Assembly: GCA_963777505.1 (NCBI GenBank)
Contig: CAVZQN010000004.1
Span: 1,088,001-1,152,000, forward strand
Origin: an uncultured bacterium
GTDB lineage: Bacteria > Acidobacteriota > HRBIN11 > JAKEFK01
Length of the DNA: 64,000 nucleotides
Direction of reading: 5' to 3'
Part shown: piece by piece, positions 41,633 to 51,937 of the stretch
How positions within the stretch are numbered: the stretch's first letter is position 1
Layout of the letters: every line of letters starts with the position of its first letter
Position numbers and translations under genes: made by a program
The notes under the pieces: generated by a model
Databases searched by the model: none
Told to the model about the DNA's origin: nothing
What the model saw: the letters and a program-made list of their open reading frames with translations, nothing else

Positions 41633-42775
41633 TTGAGTACACGGGTTGTAATACCGCAGGTAGGACAGAGTATTGCTGAAGCGACAATTGTAAAGTGGTT
41701 TAAGAAGGCAGGAGAGAGTATTGAGAAAGGGGAGACACTCGTAGAAATCGGCACCGATAAAATTAATACCGAAATTCCTGCGCCTGAATCCGGCATCGTT
41801 CAATCGATTCTTGTTCCGGAAGGTGAAACGGTTCCAATTCTGACAGAGATCGCTGTCATTTCCGATGGAAAAACAGAATCGGAGATGCCCGCATCAACTT
41901 CGATCCATGTAGTTGAGTCTGGAACTCCGCTCATTTCAGAAAAGTCATTGGGAGATCGACATCACTCTCCAATGGTACGAAGGCTCGCACAAGAACATAA
42001 TGTCGATCTTTCCAAAGTGAAAGGCACTGGCGCGGAGGGACGCATAACCAAGGAAGATGTGTTGCGCTTTGCATCGGAAAGCAAACAAACTTCGAGCGAT
42101 GATGAAGAACGTGTTCCGATGTCACGGATGCGCAAATTAATTGCGGAACACATGAGTTTAAGCCGGCGTACTGCCGCCGATGTCTCCACATTTTTTGAAA
42201 TTGATATGTCAGCCGTTGTCCGTGAACGTGAAAAAATCAAAAACTCAGGGACAAAACTGACGTATCTTCCTTTTGTTGTTAAGGCTGTCTCGCAAGGTCT
42301 TCAAGCTTTTCCTGCATTGAATTCCTCAATACAGGGAGATGAAATTGTTTACAAAAAGCATTCCAATATCGGAGTGGCAGTCGCTCTTGAGAACGGACTT
42401 GTTGTTCCAGTTTTAAAGCAGGTAGAAAAATTGAGTGTTCTTGATATCGCGAGAGGTCTTCAGGATCTTTCGGATCGTGCGCGAAACAACAGGCTTTCTG
42501 CTTCCGATGTTGAAGGCGGAACTTTTACGATCACCAATCCTGGAGTTTTTGGAGCCCTTCTTGGCACTCCAATCATCCATCAACCTCAAGTCGCAATTTT
42601 AGGCTTGGGTGCTGTTGTAAAGCGGGCGGTTGTAGTGAACGATCAGATTGTGATTCGCCCTATGTCTTATTTCAGTCTGTCTTACGATCATCGCGCACTG
42701 GATGGATCAACAGCTGACAGATTTCTTGCATTCATTAAGAACGTGCTTGAAAATGAGTGCCCGGCTGCTGACTGA
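41633..42775 (+). CDS. Dihydrolipoamide acyltransferase E2, paralogue 2 (SucB-like; TTG start)
   Basis: PQVGQSIAEA, TDKI lipoyl site, GTGAEGRI, DHRALDG; SD supplied by GAGGATA repeats. Confidence 0.9.
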   Translation: MSTRVVIPQVGQSIAEATIVKWFKKAGESIEKGETLVEIGTDKINTEIPAPESGIVQSILVPEGETVPILTEIAVISDGKTESEMPASTSIHVVESGTPLISEKSLGDRHHSPMVRRLAQEHNVDLSKVKGTGAEGRITKEDVLRFASESKQTSSDDEERVPMSRMRKLIAEHMSLSRRTAADVSTFFEIDMSAVVREREKIKNSGTKLTYLPFVVKAVSQGLQAFPALNSSIQGDEIVYKKHSNIGVAVALENGLVVPVLKQVEKLSVLDIARGLQDLSDRARNNRLSASDVEGGTFTITNPGVFGALLGTPIIHQPQVAILGLGAVVKRAVVVNDQIVIRPMSYFSLSYDHRALDGSTADRFLAFIKNVLENECPAAD

Positions 42776-42789
42776 AATGCGAAGGCCCT

Positions 42790-43453
42790 ATGTGCGAAGT
42801 GATTAAGCCAGGTTGTTTGCCGTATTCTGCATCAATAGTATTACAAGAATCGTACGTAAAATCTTTACAGAATGGCACAGGAAGCGAGGCATTTATCCTG
42901 CTTGAGCATCCTCATGTGATTACTCTTGGCCGCGGTTTTCATATCGAAAACCTATTGTTTTCCCCGGATCTGCTGCAAGCAAAAAGGCATATCCGTGGAA
43001 GAAACGGCTCGAGGCGGAGATGTGACGTATCATGGGCCCGGCCAGGTGGTTGGCTATCCAATCATAAACCTTGCCGACAAGCCTGATTTGCATTTATACC
43101 TGCGAAATTTGGAAGAGTTGATGATACGAACTGTGGCGGATTTTGGAATTCAAGCCGATCGTAAAGCCGGTATGACCGGAATCTGGGTTGGTGACGAAAA
43201 GATCGGTGCCATCGGCGTACGTGTCGTACGTTGGATTACCACGCATGGCTTTGCACTCAATGTGAATACAGATTTGAAGTATTTCGATTACATTATTCCT
43301 TGCGGAATTAAACAATTCGGAGTCACGTCTTTGCAGAAGCTTCTAGGTCACGAAGTACCAATGGAAGACGTACATCAGTGTTTGATCAGCCATTTTGGCG
43401 ACATTTTCAATCGTGAAATGAAAGAAGTAGAATTCATCGCAAAAAAATCATGA
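42790..43453 (+). CDS. lipB: Octanoyltransferase LipB (frameshift near 42981)
   Basis: EHPHVITLG, RGGDVTYHGPGQ, KIGAIG, HGFALN, IIPCG. Confidence 0.9.
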
Positions 43454-44401
43454 ATTTACAGGAAATAAAGAAGGCTCAACAAGAGATTCGCTCAGTGCTT
43501 CACCGTACACCTGTTTTTACCTCGCGCTATCTTTCGGATCAAAGCGGCAGCAATATTTTTTTGAAAGCCGAGATGTTTCAGAAAACGGGTTCCTTCAAGC
43601 CTCGCGGAACTTTTCATAAACTGCGCAAGCTAACTGCAGAAGAAAAATCAAAAGGAATTGTCAGCGTGTCTGCTGGAAATTACGCGCAGGCAATTGCTTA
43701 TGCTACTTCGATCGAAAAAATTCCCTGCACTGTTGTAATGCCAGAAACAGCGCCTGCAGCAAAACTGGACGCTACAAGAGGCTATGGAGCAACTGTTATT
43801 TTGCATGATGATCGAAAAACGCTATTCGATCGCACAGAACAGGTAAGAAAAGAGAAGAATGCCATTTTCTTGCATCCATTTGATGATCCTGATCTCATTG
43901 CGGGCCATGGCACATGTAGGTCTCGAAATTTATGAAGATGTTCCGGATGTTGAAGTTGTTGTTGTTGGAATTGGCGGCGGTGGTCTGATGGCCGGCGTGG
44001 CGATTGCACTCAAGTCACTCAATCCGCGCATCCGTATAATTGGGGTGGAACCGGAAGGTGCTGCCGGTATGAAGCGCGCACTTGAAGCAGGGAAACCTGT
44101 TCCACTTGAAAAGATTGACACGATTGCAGATGGGCTTGCTGCTCCTTATGCTGGAAAATTGCCGCTGGAAATCGCGCAAAAATATTTAGATGACCTTGTG
44201 ATTGTAAATGACGACGAAATCAGGGCAGCTTGTAGAGTCGTTTTGGAACGAACAAAGTTGCTTGCTGAGCCGGCTGGTGCCGCATCTGTTGCTGCGTTAT
44301 TAGCCGGGAAAATTCCAGCAGCAGCGAAAAAAGTTGTCTTGATTTTAAGCGGTGGTAATGTGGATCTCAAAAAGCTCTTAAACGCAGAGATGCAGAGCTA
44401 A
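43450..44401 (+). CDS. Threonine/serine dehydratase, catabolic type without regulatory domain (frameshift near 43915)
   Basis: [17 protein letters not shown] site, SAGN, GGGGL, ADGL, SGGNVD. Confidence 0.88.
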
Positions 44402-46119
44402 AAGAGTTGGAACAATTTGGGGAGGGCTTCTATCGCGTTGAATATATGGCCTGATGAAATGCTGATGCTGTATCCTTTGCGATCAGCGAGCGTAAAGTCA
44501 CTCGTTTCATCACGCAGCGGAAATGCCAAATCGACTCTGACTACTTTAGAGCTTTGTGATTTTTTCAAAGCGATGCGAAGTCCAACTCCTGCACTCACTC
44601 CAAAATCGCCCAGGGAGAGATGTTCTTCGCTGGACCAGACATAGCCCGCATCTAAAAATGCAGCCAGGCCAACTGCTACCACCCGAAAATCGATCGGTGT
44701 GAATATTCGATCTTCGATGTTAAACAACACTCTATTTTGTCCAGTAAATGATTTAAACGTATAACCGCGCAACCCTTCATTTTCTCCGAGTGAAATCTGG
44801 AAAGGCGCATCTATATCCCTTGTGAGAAGGGAAGACAGATTCACAGCGAGAGTTTGACGCGGAAAAGTTACGTTGCCCACGCTGAATTGTGACATTTTCA
44901 AATAATAGTGAGCATAGGCGTTAAAGAATATGTTGCTAGTAGCTCCATCTACGTGTTTTCTGCCACTGAATTCGCCAAACAAAGAAAAGTATTGCGATGG
45001 ACTGAATTGTGCGCTGTACTGGCTCATTGAGTACAGCTGATAATAATCTGTTGTCGGTGTATTCCGGTTGTTTGAACGGGTTAGCATCCCGCCAACCTGC
45101 AGCCCAACTGGCATATCTTCGATGATTCCGAATTTATCCAGATAAGTTTCTTTAATAAAATTCTGACGATCCCATTTAAACATCCCACCAAGTTGAAAAC
45201 TTTCGCGATCAACAGGCTGTAAGTTTTGTTTAATCGCTTTAACAGAAGCTGCTTCCGGAATGATTACTCGGGCCGGATTGGGATAAAGAATTGAATCGGC
45301 GTTGAATACAACTCCAAAGCGGCGTTTATTGTAACGTTCTCCCCAGGAACGTGCCGTAAAAAACAATCCTGTTCGATGATCTGTATCGATTTCGGCGACT
45401 TTTCGTCCGCCTCTTCTTGAATACAATTGCGTGGAATATGTTCCGGAGTCCCAGCTCATTCCATACGACCATTTTGTATCTTGCGAATAAAATGGCCTCG
45501 TGAAGTCGGTTATATAACGATAGCCATCAGATGCATTAGCAAAACCTGATTGCAATTTCCATCGTGTATTCCAGAATTGCGGATCATAGTACAAGACTTC
45601 ATAGGTGCTTCTTTCGCGATCCTTTTCGTATCCTAAGCGAACTGTTTTTCCCAATCCTAAGAAATTCCCTTCTTCAACTGAAAATTCATAAGTTGAATAA
45701 CCTGCGCTTGTACCTGCTGAGGCATTGATTTGAAGCGTCCATTGATCTTCTGTATGTACAAAAACATCCACTTTGTTTGCAGCTACTTTCTTCTGAGTAA
45801 TGAAAACATCTCCGAGAAAATCGAGGTCGCGTAAACTCCGTTCAGTTTCGTCAAGAAGATCTTCATCGACAAGATCTCCTTTATGAAAAAGCAATTCACG
45901 TTCTAAGAAAGAATCGTTAGTCCGGTTATGAAGTTTATTTAAGAAACGGAATACCCAGGAGCGATATTCGGGAATTTTAGGATCGAAGGCATCGAGGGAT
46001 TCAATATGAATTTCATTCACATAATTCTTATCTTGGGCATACCAACCGGAAATTTGCTCAGCCTGTGCTGCAGAAGGATCGAACGCTAAAAACATGAATA
46101 GTAACGGAAGTTCTCTCAT
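44398..46119 (-). CDS. Omp85/BamA-TamA family outer membrane protein
   Basis: POTRA-like ERELLF..ETERSLR, NFLGLG, LRGY, GVGLR..VRVDLAFP. Confidence 0.8.
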   Translation of the reverse strand: MRELPLLFMFLAFDPSAAQAEQISGWYAQDKNYVNEIHIESLDAFDPKIPEYRSWVFRFLNKLHNRTNDSFLERELLFHKGDLVDEDLLDETERSLRDLDFLGDVFITQKKVAANKVDVFVHTEDQWTLQINASAGTSAGYSTYEFSVEEGNFLGLGKTVRLGYEKDRERSTYEVLYYDPQFWNTRWKLQSGFANASDGYRYITDFTRPFYSQDTKWSYGMSWDSGTYSTQLYSRRGGRKVAEIDTDHRTGLFFTARSWGERYNKRRFGVVFNADSILYPNPARVIIPEAASVKAIKQNLQPVDRESFQLGGMFKWDRQNFIKETYLDKFGIIEDMPVGLQVGGMLTRSNNRNTPTTDYYQLYSMSQYSAQFSPSQYFSLFGEFSGRKHVDGATSNIFFNAYAHYYLKMSQFSVGNVTFPRQTLAVNLSSLLTRDIDAPFQISLGENEGLRGYTFKSFTGQNRVLFNIEDRIFTPIDFRVVAVGLAAFLDAGYVWSSEEHLSLGDFGVSAGVGLRIALKKSQSSKVVRVDLAFPLRDETSDFTLADRKGYSISISSGHIFNAIEALPKLFQLF

Positions 46120-46121
46120 GA

Positions 46122-47853
46122 TCAGTTCGTAATCCGTGTATCTATTTCCCCGATCCTACGAGTCGCATCGCTAAACAAAGATTCCCAGCGGCTTCTGAGT
46201 AAATCGATTGCGCTAAGCTCGTCTTCCCGAGCCGGAGATTCTCTTTTGACAATCAGAATAAACAAATGCTTGAATGATTTTTGGGAATTAACACTATCCG
46301 GAACTCTCTTCCCATTTGAGGCAATAATGTCTTCGATCGTGATAGTGCGTGCAGAACCCTGGAAGTTTACGGTTGGTTCCGGTGATGACTCTGCAGAAAA
46401 AGGAAAGTCTGGAGAAAACCGTCGAGCGTCTTCTACAAGAAATGTTTGACTCACTTCTTCGGGTTTTAAAAATCCCATTAAATACAAGTCCAGTGTCGAA
46501 TAAGCCTGAAAAGGTTTCGAAGTTACAAAATTATTGGCGCCTCTTTTGAAGAGTTCATTGCCTTCCAGATATGATCCATCGGAATCCAGGAAAAAGCTCC
46601 AATGAGTCTTATCGCGACCAAGAATTCTGTCATCACGTCGGCCATCAATCAGAACCGAAATGTAACTTAACCATCGATGTCCAACTTCATGTGCGAGGAC
46701 TTGAAGCAGAGATGTATATGTATCGGGAATTTCCTCCGCTGGATTGGAAGGATACTGATGAATGTTGCCAAGAAATGTAATACTTTGAAGCTTTTCGGCA
46801 CTTCCATATCTTTTTTGATCCCGAAATACTGCACTGCCTGCTTCGGCAGGATTTCCAATTCCACTCACATCGTTTTGAACATTGATTGCAAAAGCTTGAG
46901 CTCCAGGAACCGGAGTTAAATCAAAATTGCTGGATAGAGTTACAAAATCAAAATCGTCTGGAATGCTGGAATAGACAGTGTTCATGAGGTGGGGAATGTC
47001 GACGCTATCATGATCCCTAAAATCCTCGAGGAATGAAGCCGCCGCACGTCCACGCATTGCGGACCTTGAAAAATCGACAAATCGAAGGCTGGATCTTCCA
47101 TAGCCTGGAACGATTCCAATCAGGGCTTGTGTCGCCGAGATTTCACGTGAATAGTTCAGGTGAATGCGGCCATCTCTGAACATAACGATTTGAAATGTGT
47201 TCTGCCCATAATCGAACTGATCGTGATTATAGAATTCAGGAACTTTGAGCCACGTAACGGTAACGTAGTCTGAAGTTTGCTGAACCGTAACTGTACCGGA
47301 TGCTTCTGGATCCAGATCCGCAAAAAATGATGCTATCCGTGGAGGACCTTGCAAGAGAGTGTCAACATTCGGAGGATCAAAATCGCCGCTATCAAAAGTA
47401 ATGTTGCCATTGGAATTAATGAAACATTGTCTGTAATTCTTGCCGCCAAAAGGAAACTCAAAATTATTGAACCTGAGTTCAACGGAATCATCATCTTCGA
47501 GTGACAATGACTCAGAGGCGTCAGTATGAAACCCGTATCGAGCATGAGAATAGCTGTAACGATTTCTGATTGACGGTTTGAATTCGATTGTAGTTCCGTA
47601 AAGATCGAAAGGATTTGGCAGGATCAGCAATTGAGAATCTGCTTCAACAACTACGATATCACCGCTTCTCGAGACGATCGTCTGAGACTTGCTTTGCCGA
47701 GAGAGACGTTTCGGAGCGGCATTCAAATATTGTTGAGCAGTCGCTGGAGAGACACAAACAGGCTTGTGCTTCATTTTCTTCTTTCCGGCAATTCCAATCT
47801 CCGGGTGAAGAAGCGAATGCTATTATTGCGAATACTATAAGTATGCGTTTCAT
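46122..47853 (-). CDS. Secreted zinc metalloprotease-like protein with NIDO-like domain (frameshift near 47801)
   Basis: HEVGHRW..HWS, LDLYLMG; INSNGNITF..IASFFADLD..NTFQ; signal peptide MKRILIVFAIIAFA in the upstream frame. Confidence 0.75.
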
Positions 47854-48368
47854 CCGATTCGCACCATTAATTTGCCGTCTTCAACCTTTAAATCCAGCGT
47901 GCTGGCGCGAAGCGACGGATCTTTCTCGCATTCACCCGTTTTGATATTGAACCGAAATCCGTGCCCCGGACAGCGAACCGTACCATTTTCCAACGTTCCG
48001 CCCGCCAACGCAACTCCGTGGTGCGGGCACAGATTCTTCATTGCATAATATTCCCCATCTACAGCAAAGACAACAATTTCCCGGTTTTGAAGGGGATACA
48101 CTTTATGTTGACCTTTTGGCACATCTTCTATTCCGCCAAGAACTTCGTAATGAACCTGATTTCTCGAATTCAGCCTGCATCGAAATTGAAATTCTTCGTT
48201 TTCTATCAGCTCTAATTCCGATCCGCATGTGATGCAGTCATAAATCATGCCGGCAGACGCACGCATATCAACATAAATCTGAGTCCCACAAGAAGGACAT
48301 TTAATGTCCTGCGACTTCAATACTCGCTTCGGTTCGTGCAACGTTAAGCACCCGATTTTGAGACACAC
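47850..48368 (-). CDS. Rieske [2Fe-2S] ferredoxin with N-terminal zinc ribbon (start uncertain)
   Basis: CPH..CPGH Rieske ligands; CPSC..CITC ribbon. Confidence 0.82.
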   Translation of the reverse strand: MCLKIGCLTLHEPKRVLKSQDIKCPSCGTQIYVDMRASAGMIYDCITCGSELELIENEEFQFRCRLNSRNQVHYEVLGGIEDVPKGQHKVYPLQNREIVVFAVDGEYYAMKNLCPHHGVALAGGTLENGTVRCPGHGFRFNIKTGECEKDPSLRASTLDLKVEDGKLMVRIG

Positions 48369-48429
48369 TATAGCTCATAATCCTTTAAAATTCAATCACT
48401 TCAATGCCATTTCGACTCCCTATGTTACA

Positions 48430-49338
48430 ATGGCGGGCATGAGTTTTTGGCGGTGGGCGATCCTGGTTTTGTCCGGTTTTGGACTGTATTCAATCGCAAA
48501 TTATTCCGCCGAAGTTGCAACTGTCAGAGATCGGAAACGTGTTTTTCAAGACAAACCCTTCTGGGTGATAGCGCATCGCGGCTTTTCGGGTGCCTATCCT
48601 GAAAATACAATGCTTTCGTTTGAGAAGGCAGCAGAACTACCCATTGACGCGCTCGAGCTGGATATACACTCGAGCCGGGATGGAAAACTGGTTGTGATTC
48701 ATGATGCTACGTTGAATCGCACGACAGATATGAGTGGAAATGTCTTTGATTACACCTGGGAAGAACTAAAACGAGCCGATGCAGGCTACCGTTTTGATCC
48801 CGATGGCAATCAAAGTTTTCCTTTCCGAGGTAAAGGTGTACAGATTCCTCTGTTTGAAGACGTATTGCAGCGTTTTTCAGACAAGAAATTTGTTATTGAA
48901 ATAAAACAAACGATGCCTGCCATCGAAGATATTTTGTTACGCGTTCTGCAGAAGCATAAAATGGAAGACAATGTCGTTGTAGCGTCCGGACACCACGAAC
49001 CCCTTGCAAGATTTCGCAGTATGAGCCCGGCAATCGCCACGAACCTTTCTTCAATTGAAGCGCGTGAGTTTTACCGTTTGTTCAGAATGAGAGTTTCTGG
49101 TTTTTATAAAACGACCGGTGATGCTTTGCAAATCCCCAATCGATATCGTGGCGACAAGGTTGTTACACCTGCCTTCGTAGAAGCTTCGCACCGGAAAGGT
49201 TTTATCATGCATATCTGGACAGTCAATGATCCCAGCGAAATGAAACAATTAATCGAAGATGGCGTGGATGGAATTATTACAGACTTTCCCGATCGTCTTT
49301 TGAATATTGTTAACACCGAAAACCGAGAGAATAAGTAA
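48430..49338 (+). CDS. Glycerophosphodiester phosphodiesterase
   Basis: IAHRG..PENT, ELD, HD..L.RTT, EIK, WTVND, GIITDFP. Confidence 0.92.
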   Translation: MAGMSFWRWAILVLSGFGLYSIANYSAEVATVRDRKRVFQDKPFWVIAHRGFSGAYPENTMLSFEKAAELPIDALELDIHSSRDGKLVVIHDATLNRTTDMSGNVFDYTWEELKRADAGYRFDPDGNQSFPFRGKGVQIPLFEDVLQRFSDKKFVIEIKQTMPAIEDILLRVLQKHKMEDNVVVASGHHEPLARFRSMSPAIATNLSSIEAREFYRLFRMRVSGFYKTTGDALQIPNRYRGDKVVTPAFVEASHRKGFIMHIWTVNDPSEMKQLIEDGVDGIITDFPDRLLNIVNTENRENK

Positions 49339-49385
49339 ATAAAATTCTCGGCCGTGTCTGCTTAAGAACAAAATGGAGTAAGCGT

Positions 49386-50012
49386 ATGGATATTGTTGCT
49401 AAAAAGCTTGAAGAATACATGTATCAAATTACCCCGGAAACACATCCCGTATTAAACGAGATGGAGAAATTGGCAGCCGAACGCAGCTTTCCTATTGTAG
49501 GCCCGCTTGTCGGCCGCATTCTTTATCAATTCGGAAATATTCTAAAAGCAAAAAGAATTCTGGAATTGGGCTCAGGCTATGGTTATTCTGCATTTTGGTG
49601 GGCCCTTTCAACACCGGCAGATACGCATATCTACTGCACGGAAGGGTCTGCAGAAAACATTCGACTTGGAATCGATTTTCTTGGCCGCGCCGGTCTTGCA
49701 AATAAAATCGAATACTTTCAGGGTGATGCGTTGGAATCGATCGACCGCATTCAGGGTACATTTGACATTATTTTTATGGACATAGATAAGCATCAATATC
49801 CTGATGGTTTTCGTAAAGCTTTTCCGCGATTGCGTGAGGGTGGATTGTTCATTACGGATAATGTACTTTGGTCAGGCCGAATTGTGGAAGGTGATAACTC
49901 ACCTGACACGAAAGGCGTTCTTGAACTTAATAAGCTGATGTATAACACTCCGAATGCGTTCACTACGATTCTGCCTGTGAGAGATGGTGTAGCTATAGTG
50001 CTTAAGACATAG
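49386..50012 (+). CDS. O-methyltransferase (YrrM/CCoAOMT-like)
   Basis: LELGSGYGYS, FMDIDK, DNVLWSG, RDGV. Confidence 0.9.
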   Translation: MDIVAKKLEEYMYQITPETHPVLNEMEKLAAERSFPIVGPLVGRILYQFGNILKAKRILELGSGYGYSAFWWALSTPADTHIYCTEGSAENIRLGIDFLGRAGLANKIEYFQGDALESIDRIQGTFDIIFMDIDKHQYPDGFRKAFPRLREGGLFITDNVLWSGRIVEGDNSPDTKGVLELNKLMYNTPNAFTTILPVRDGVAIVLKT

Positions 50013-50062
50013 GGACCGCAGACGTCTCGTTTGCATTAGGGATCGCGGACCTCTGGTCCGCA
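50010..50062. repeat. Two tandem GGGA-type REP-like units overlapping the TAG stop of the methyltransferase
   Basis: TAGGGACCGCAGACGTCTCGTTTGCA T TAGGGATCGCGGACCTCTGGTCCGCA. Confidence 0.75.
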
Positions 50063-50079
50063 CTAAAGAGCATTTCTTC

Positions 50080-50790
50080 CTACTTTTCCCGTAGTATCCA
50101 CCAACGTAAATAAACCGAGTCTTGTGGTGGCTTCGTTTTGTGAATGACAACTTTTTTGGCCTGGGAATCTGCCTCCATCCATTGATCTTCATCAAGAAAA
50201 ATCATTACGCGGTTGCTGGAAACCGCAAGATCACCAGGCAGAATTTTGCTCAGTGGATCAATTCTATAAGTGAAGTCATGTTTACTGATAACCAAATCCT
50301 TCGAAGAAACATCAGTCCACCAGAATCGCCATAAGCCAGGCCCTAGCATTTGCGGACTTATCTCACGAAAACCATATTGAAGCATCGCCTTCCAAAAAGC
50401 TGCTCTTGCCAGTCCTGCTTCATCAACTCCTTTCATGGTTTCTCCGCCACTTACATATTGCGCGCGCCCATAAGTTAGGAGTTGTTTCATGTAGAGATCA
50501 CGCATTTGTTGAGTATCGACTGTCCGCTCATAGATCAAGATCCAGATGAATGCGAAAGCGACTACGAGCGCCGCAGGAAATCGTAAAGAAGGAAAAATCA
50601 ACAAAACGCGGATGATATACAGCGCAAAAGATAACAAACCGCATAGAACTGTAACCGCTGTAACAATACGAACTGCGGGCGTAATGACTGAATTGTGAGA
50701 TAGTGCAACCGTGGCTATAAGAAAAAACAAGAACAGTATTCCAAGTAATCCCTGTGAAAATCGGAGGTTGAGAAGTTTTTTATTTATCAC
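50080..50790 (-). CDS. Membrane protein with degenerate NlpC/P60-like domain
   Basis: 3 TM followed by YVSGGE..GVDEAGL and PGDLAV..RVMIFL. Confidence 0.6.
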   Translation of the reverse strand: MINKKLLNLRFSQGLLGILFLFFLIATVALSHNSVITPAVRIVTAVTVLCGLLSFALYIIRVLLIFPSLRFPAALVVAFAFIWILIYERTVDTQQMRDLYMKQLLTYGRAQYVSGGETMKGVDEAGLARAAFWKAMLQYGFREISPQMLGPGLWRFWWTDVSSKDLVISKHDFTYRIDPLSKILPGDLAVSSNRVMIFLDEDQWMEADSQAKKVVIHKTKPPQDSVYLRWWILREK

Positions 50791-50802
50791 GGAGACACAG
50801 AG

Positions 50803-51456
50803 TTAAACAGTGGATGAGGGGCATAAATCATTTAAAACGCAGTCTTCGCATTCGGGGCGAATCGCTTTACAAACATAACGCCCGTGATAAATAAGCATAT
50901 GTGAGAATTTGATCCAATCTTTTTTAGGAACAAGCTTTAGCAGATCTTGTTCTATTTTTTCCGGATCTGAATGTTTCGTGAGTCCCAGCCGTTGTGAGAG
51001 ACGTCTCACGTGAGTATCAACAACAATTCCACCTGCGATTCCAAATGCATTTCCTAAAACTACATTCGCTGTTTTTCTGGCAACACCAGGAAGAGTTAGC
51101 AGCTCATCCATTGTGTGTGGCACCTCTCCCTTAAAATCTTCAATTAACTTCTTGCTGGCACCACGGATACTTTTTGTTTTGTTTCTGAAAAATCCTGTGG
51201 TTCGAATTTCATCCTGCATCTGTTCTTCTGGAACTTTAAGATACTCAGCAGGGGTTCTGTATTTCTTGAACAATGTTTGCGTCACTTTGTTTACGCGTTC
51301 ATCTGTACATTGGGCAGATAGAATTGTCGCAATCAGAAGTTCGAATGCGTTTGTGTAATTGAGTGAGCATTTTGCATCCGGATAAGCTTTTTTTAGCCGT
51401 TGGATGATTTCACCAATTCTTTTAGAAGCTGCTATTTTTGATTCGCGAGTCGGCAT
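50803..51456 (-). CDS. nth: Endonuclease III
   Basis: LSAQCTD, LPGVARKTA HhH, VDTHV, C-X6-C-X2-C-X5-C. Confidence 0.96.
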   Translation of the reverse strand: MPTRESKIAASKRIGEIIQRLKKAYPDAKCSLNYTNAFELLIATILSAQCTDERVNKVTQTLFKKYRTPAEYLKVPEEQMQDEIRTTGFFRNKTKSIRGASKKLIEDFKGEVPHTMDELLTLPGVARKTANVVLGNAFGIAGGIVVDTHVRRLSQRLGLTKHSDPEKIEQDLLKLVPKKDWIKFSHMLIYHGRYVCKAIRPECEDCVLNDLCPSSTV

Positions 51457-51461
51457 GTTTC

Positions 51462-51525
51462 AAGATAAAAAATTAAAAATAAAAGATCAAAGATTAGGGC
51501 GAGCTTTATTTTTAATTTTTTATTT
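51462..51525. repeat. A/T-rich heptamer inverted element containing the DUF2203 stop
   Basis: AAGATAA AAAATTA AAAATAA AAGATCA AAGATTA facing TTTATTT TTAATTT TTTATTT. Confidence 0.6.
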
Positions 51526-51930
51526 GTTTCGCTTCAGTGGTTTCCGTCCGGAGAATCCTTCAGAGTTGCCGTGATAGTAGTCGATCGATGTTTCGCCGTA
51601 GCGCCAGCAAAGTAGAACAGATTCGCCGTCAAGTGTTGCTGGAAAATCAACGAGTCCAATATCAAGATCTTTTGGATGTGCACCCAATTTCTCGATTGAT
51701 TCCAGGCCTTCGCTGATTATTTCAATCAAGAATTCAATTTCAGTTTGCTTGTTTACCAGCGCTGAGGGATCAACTTTAGTGGAGCCGGCTCGCGCTTCTT
51801 TTTGAAGTGCGATGAACTCTTCACCAAGTTCATATGCATTGCGCTTATGTTCCATAATGGAACTCATGATCGGTTCCAATTTTGGAATCATGGCTTCAGC
51901 TTCTTCCACTGTAAAAGTCTTGTCGATCAT
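51520..51930 (-). CDS. DUF2203 family protein
   Basis: FTVEEA, KDLDIGLVDFP, LCWRYGE, GFSGRKPL. Confidence 0.9.
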   Translation of the reverse strand: MIDKTFTVEEAEAMIPKLEPIMSSIMEHKRNAYELGEEFIALQKEARAGSTKVDPSALVNKQTEIEFLIEIISEGLESIEKLGAHPKDLDIGLVDFPATLDGESVLLCWRYGETSIDYYHGNSEGFSGRKPLKRNK

Positions 51931-51937
51931 TTTTTTT

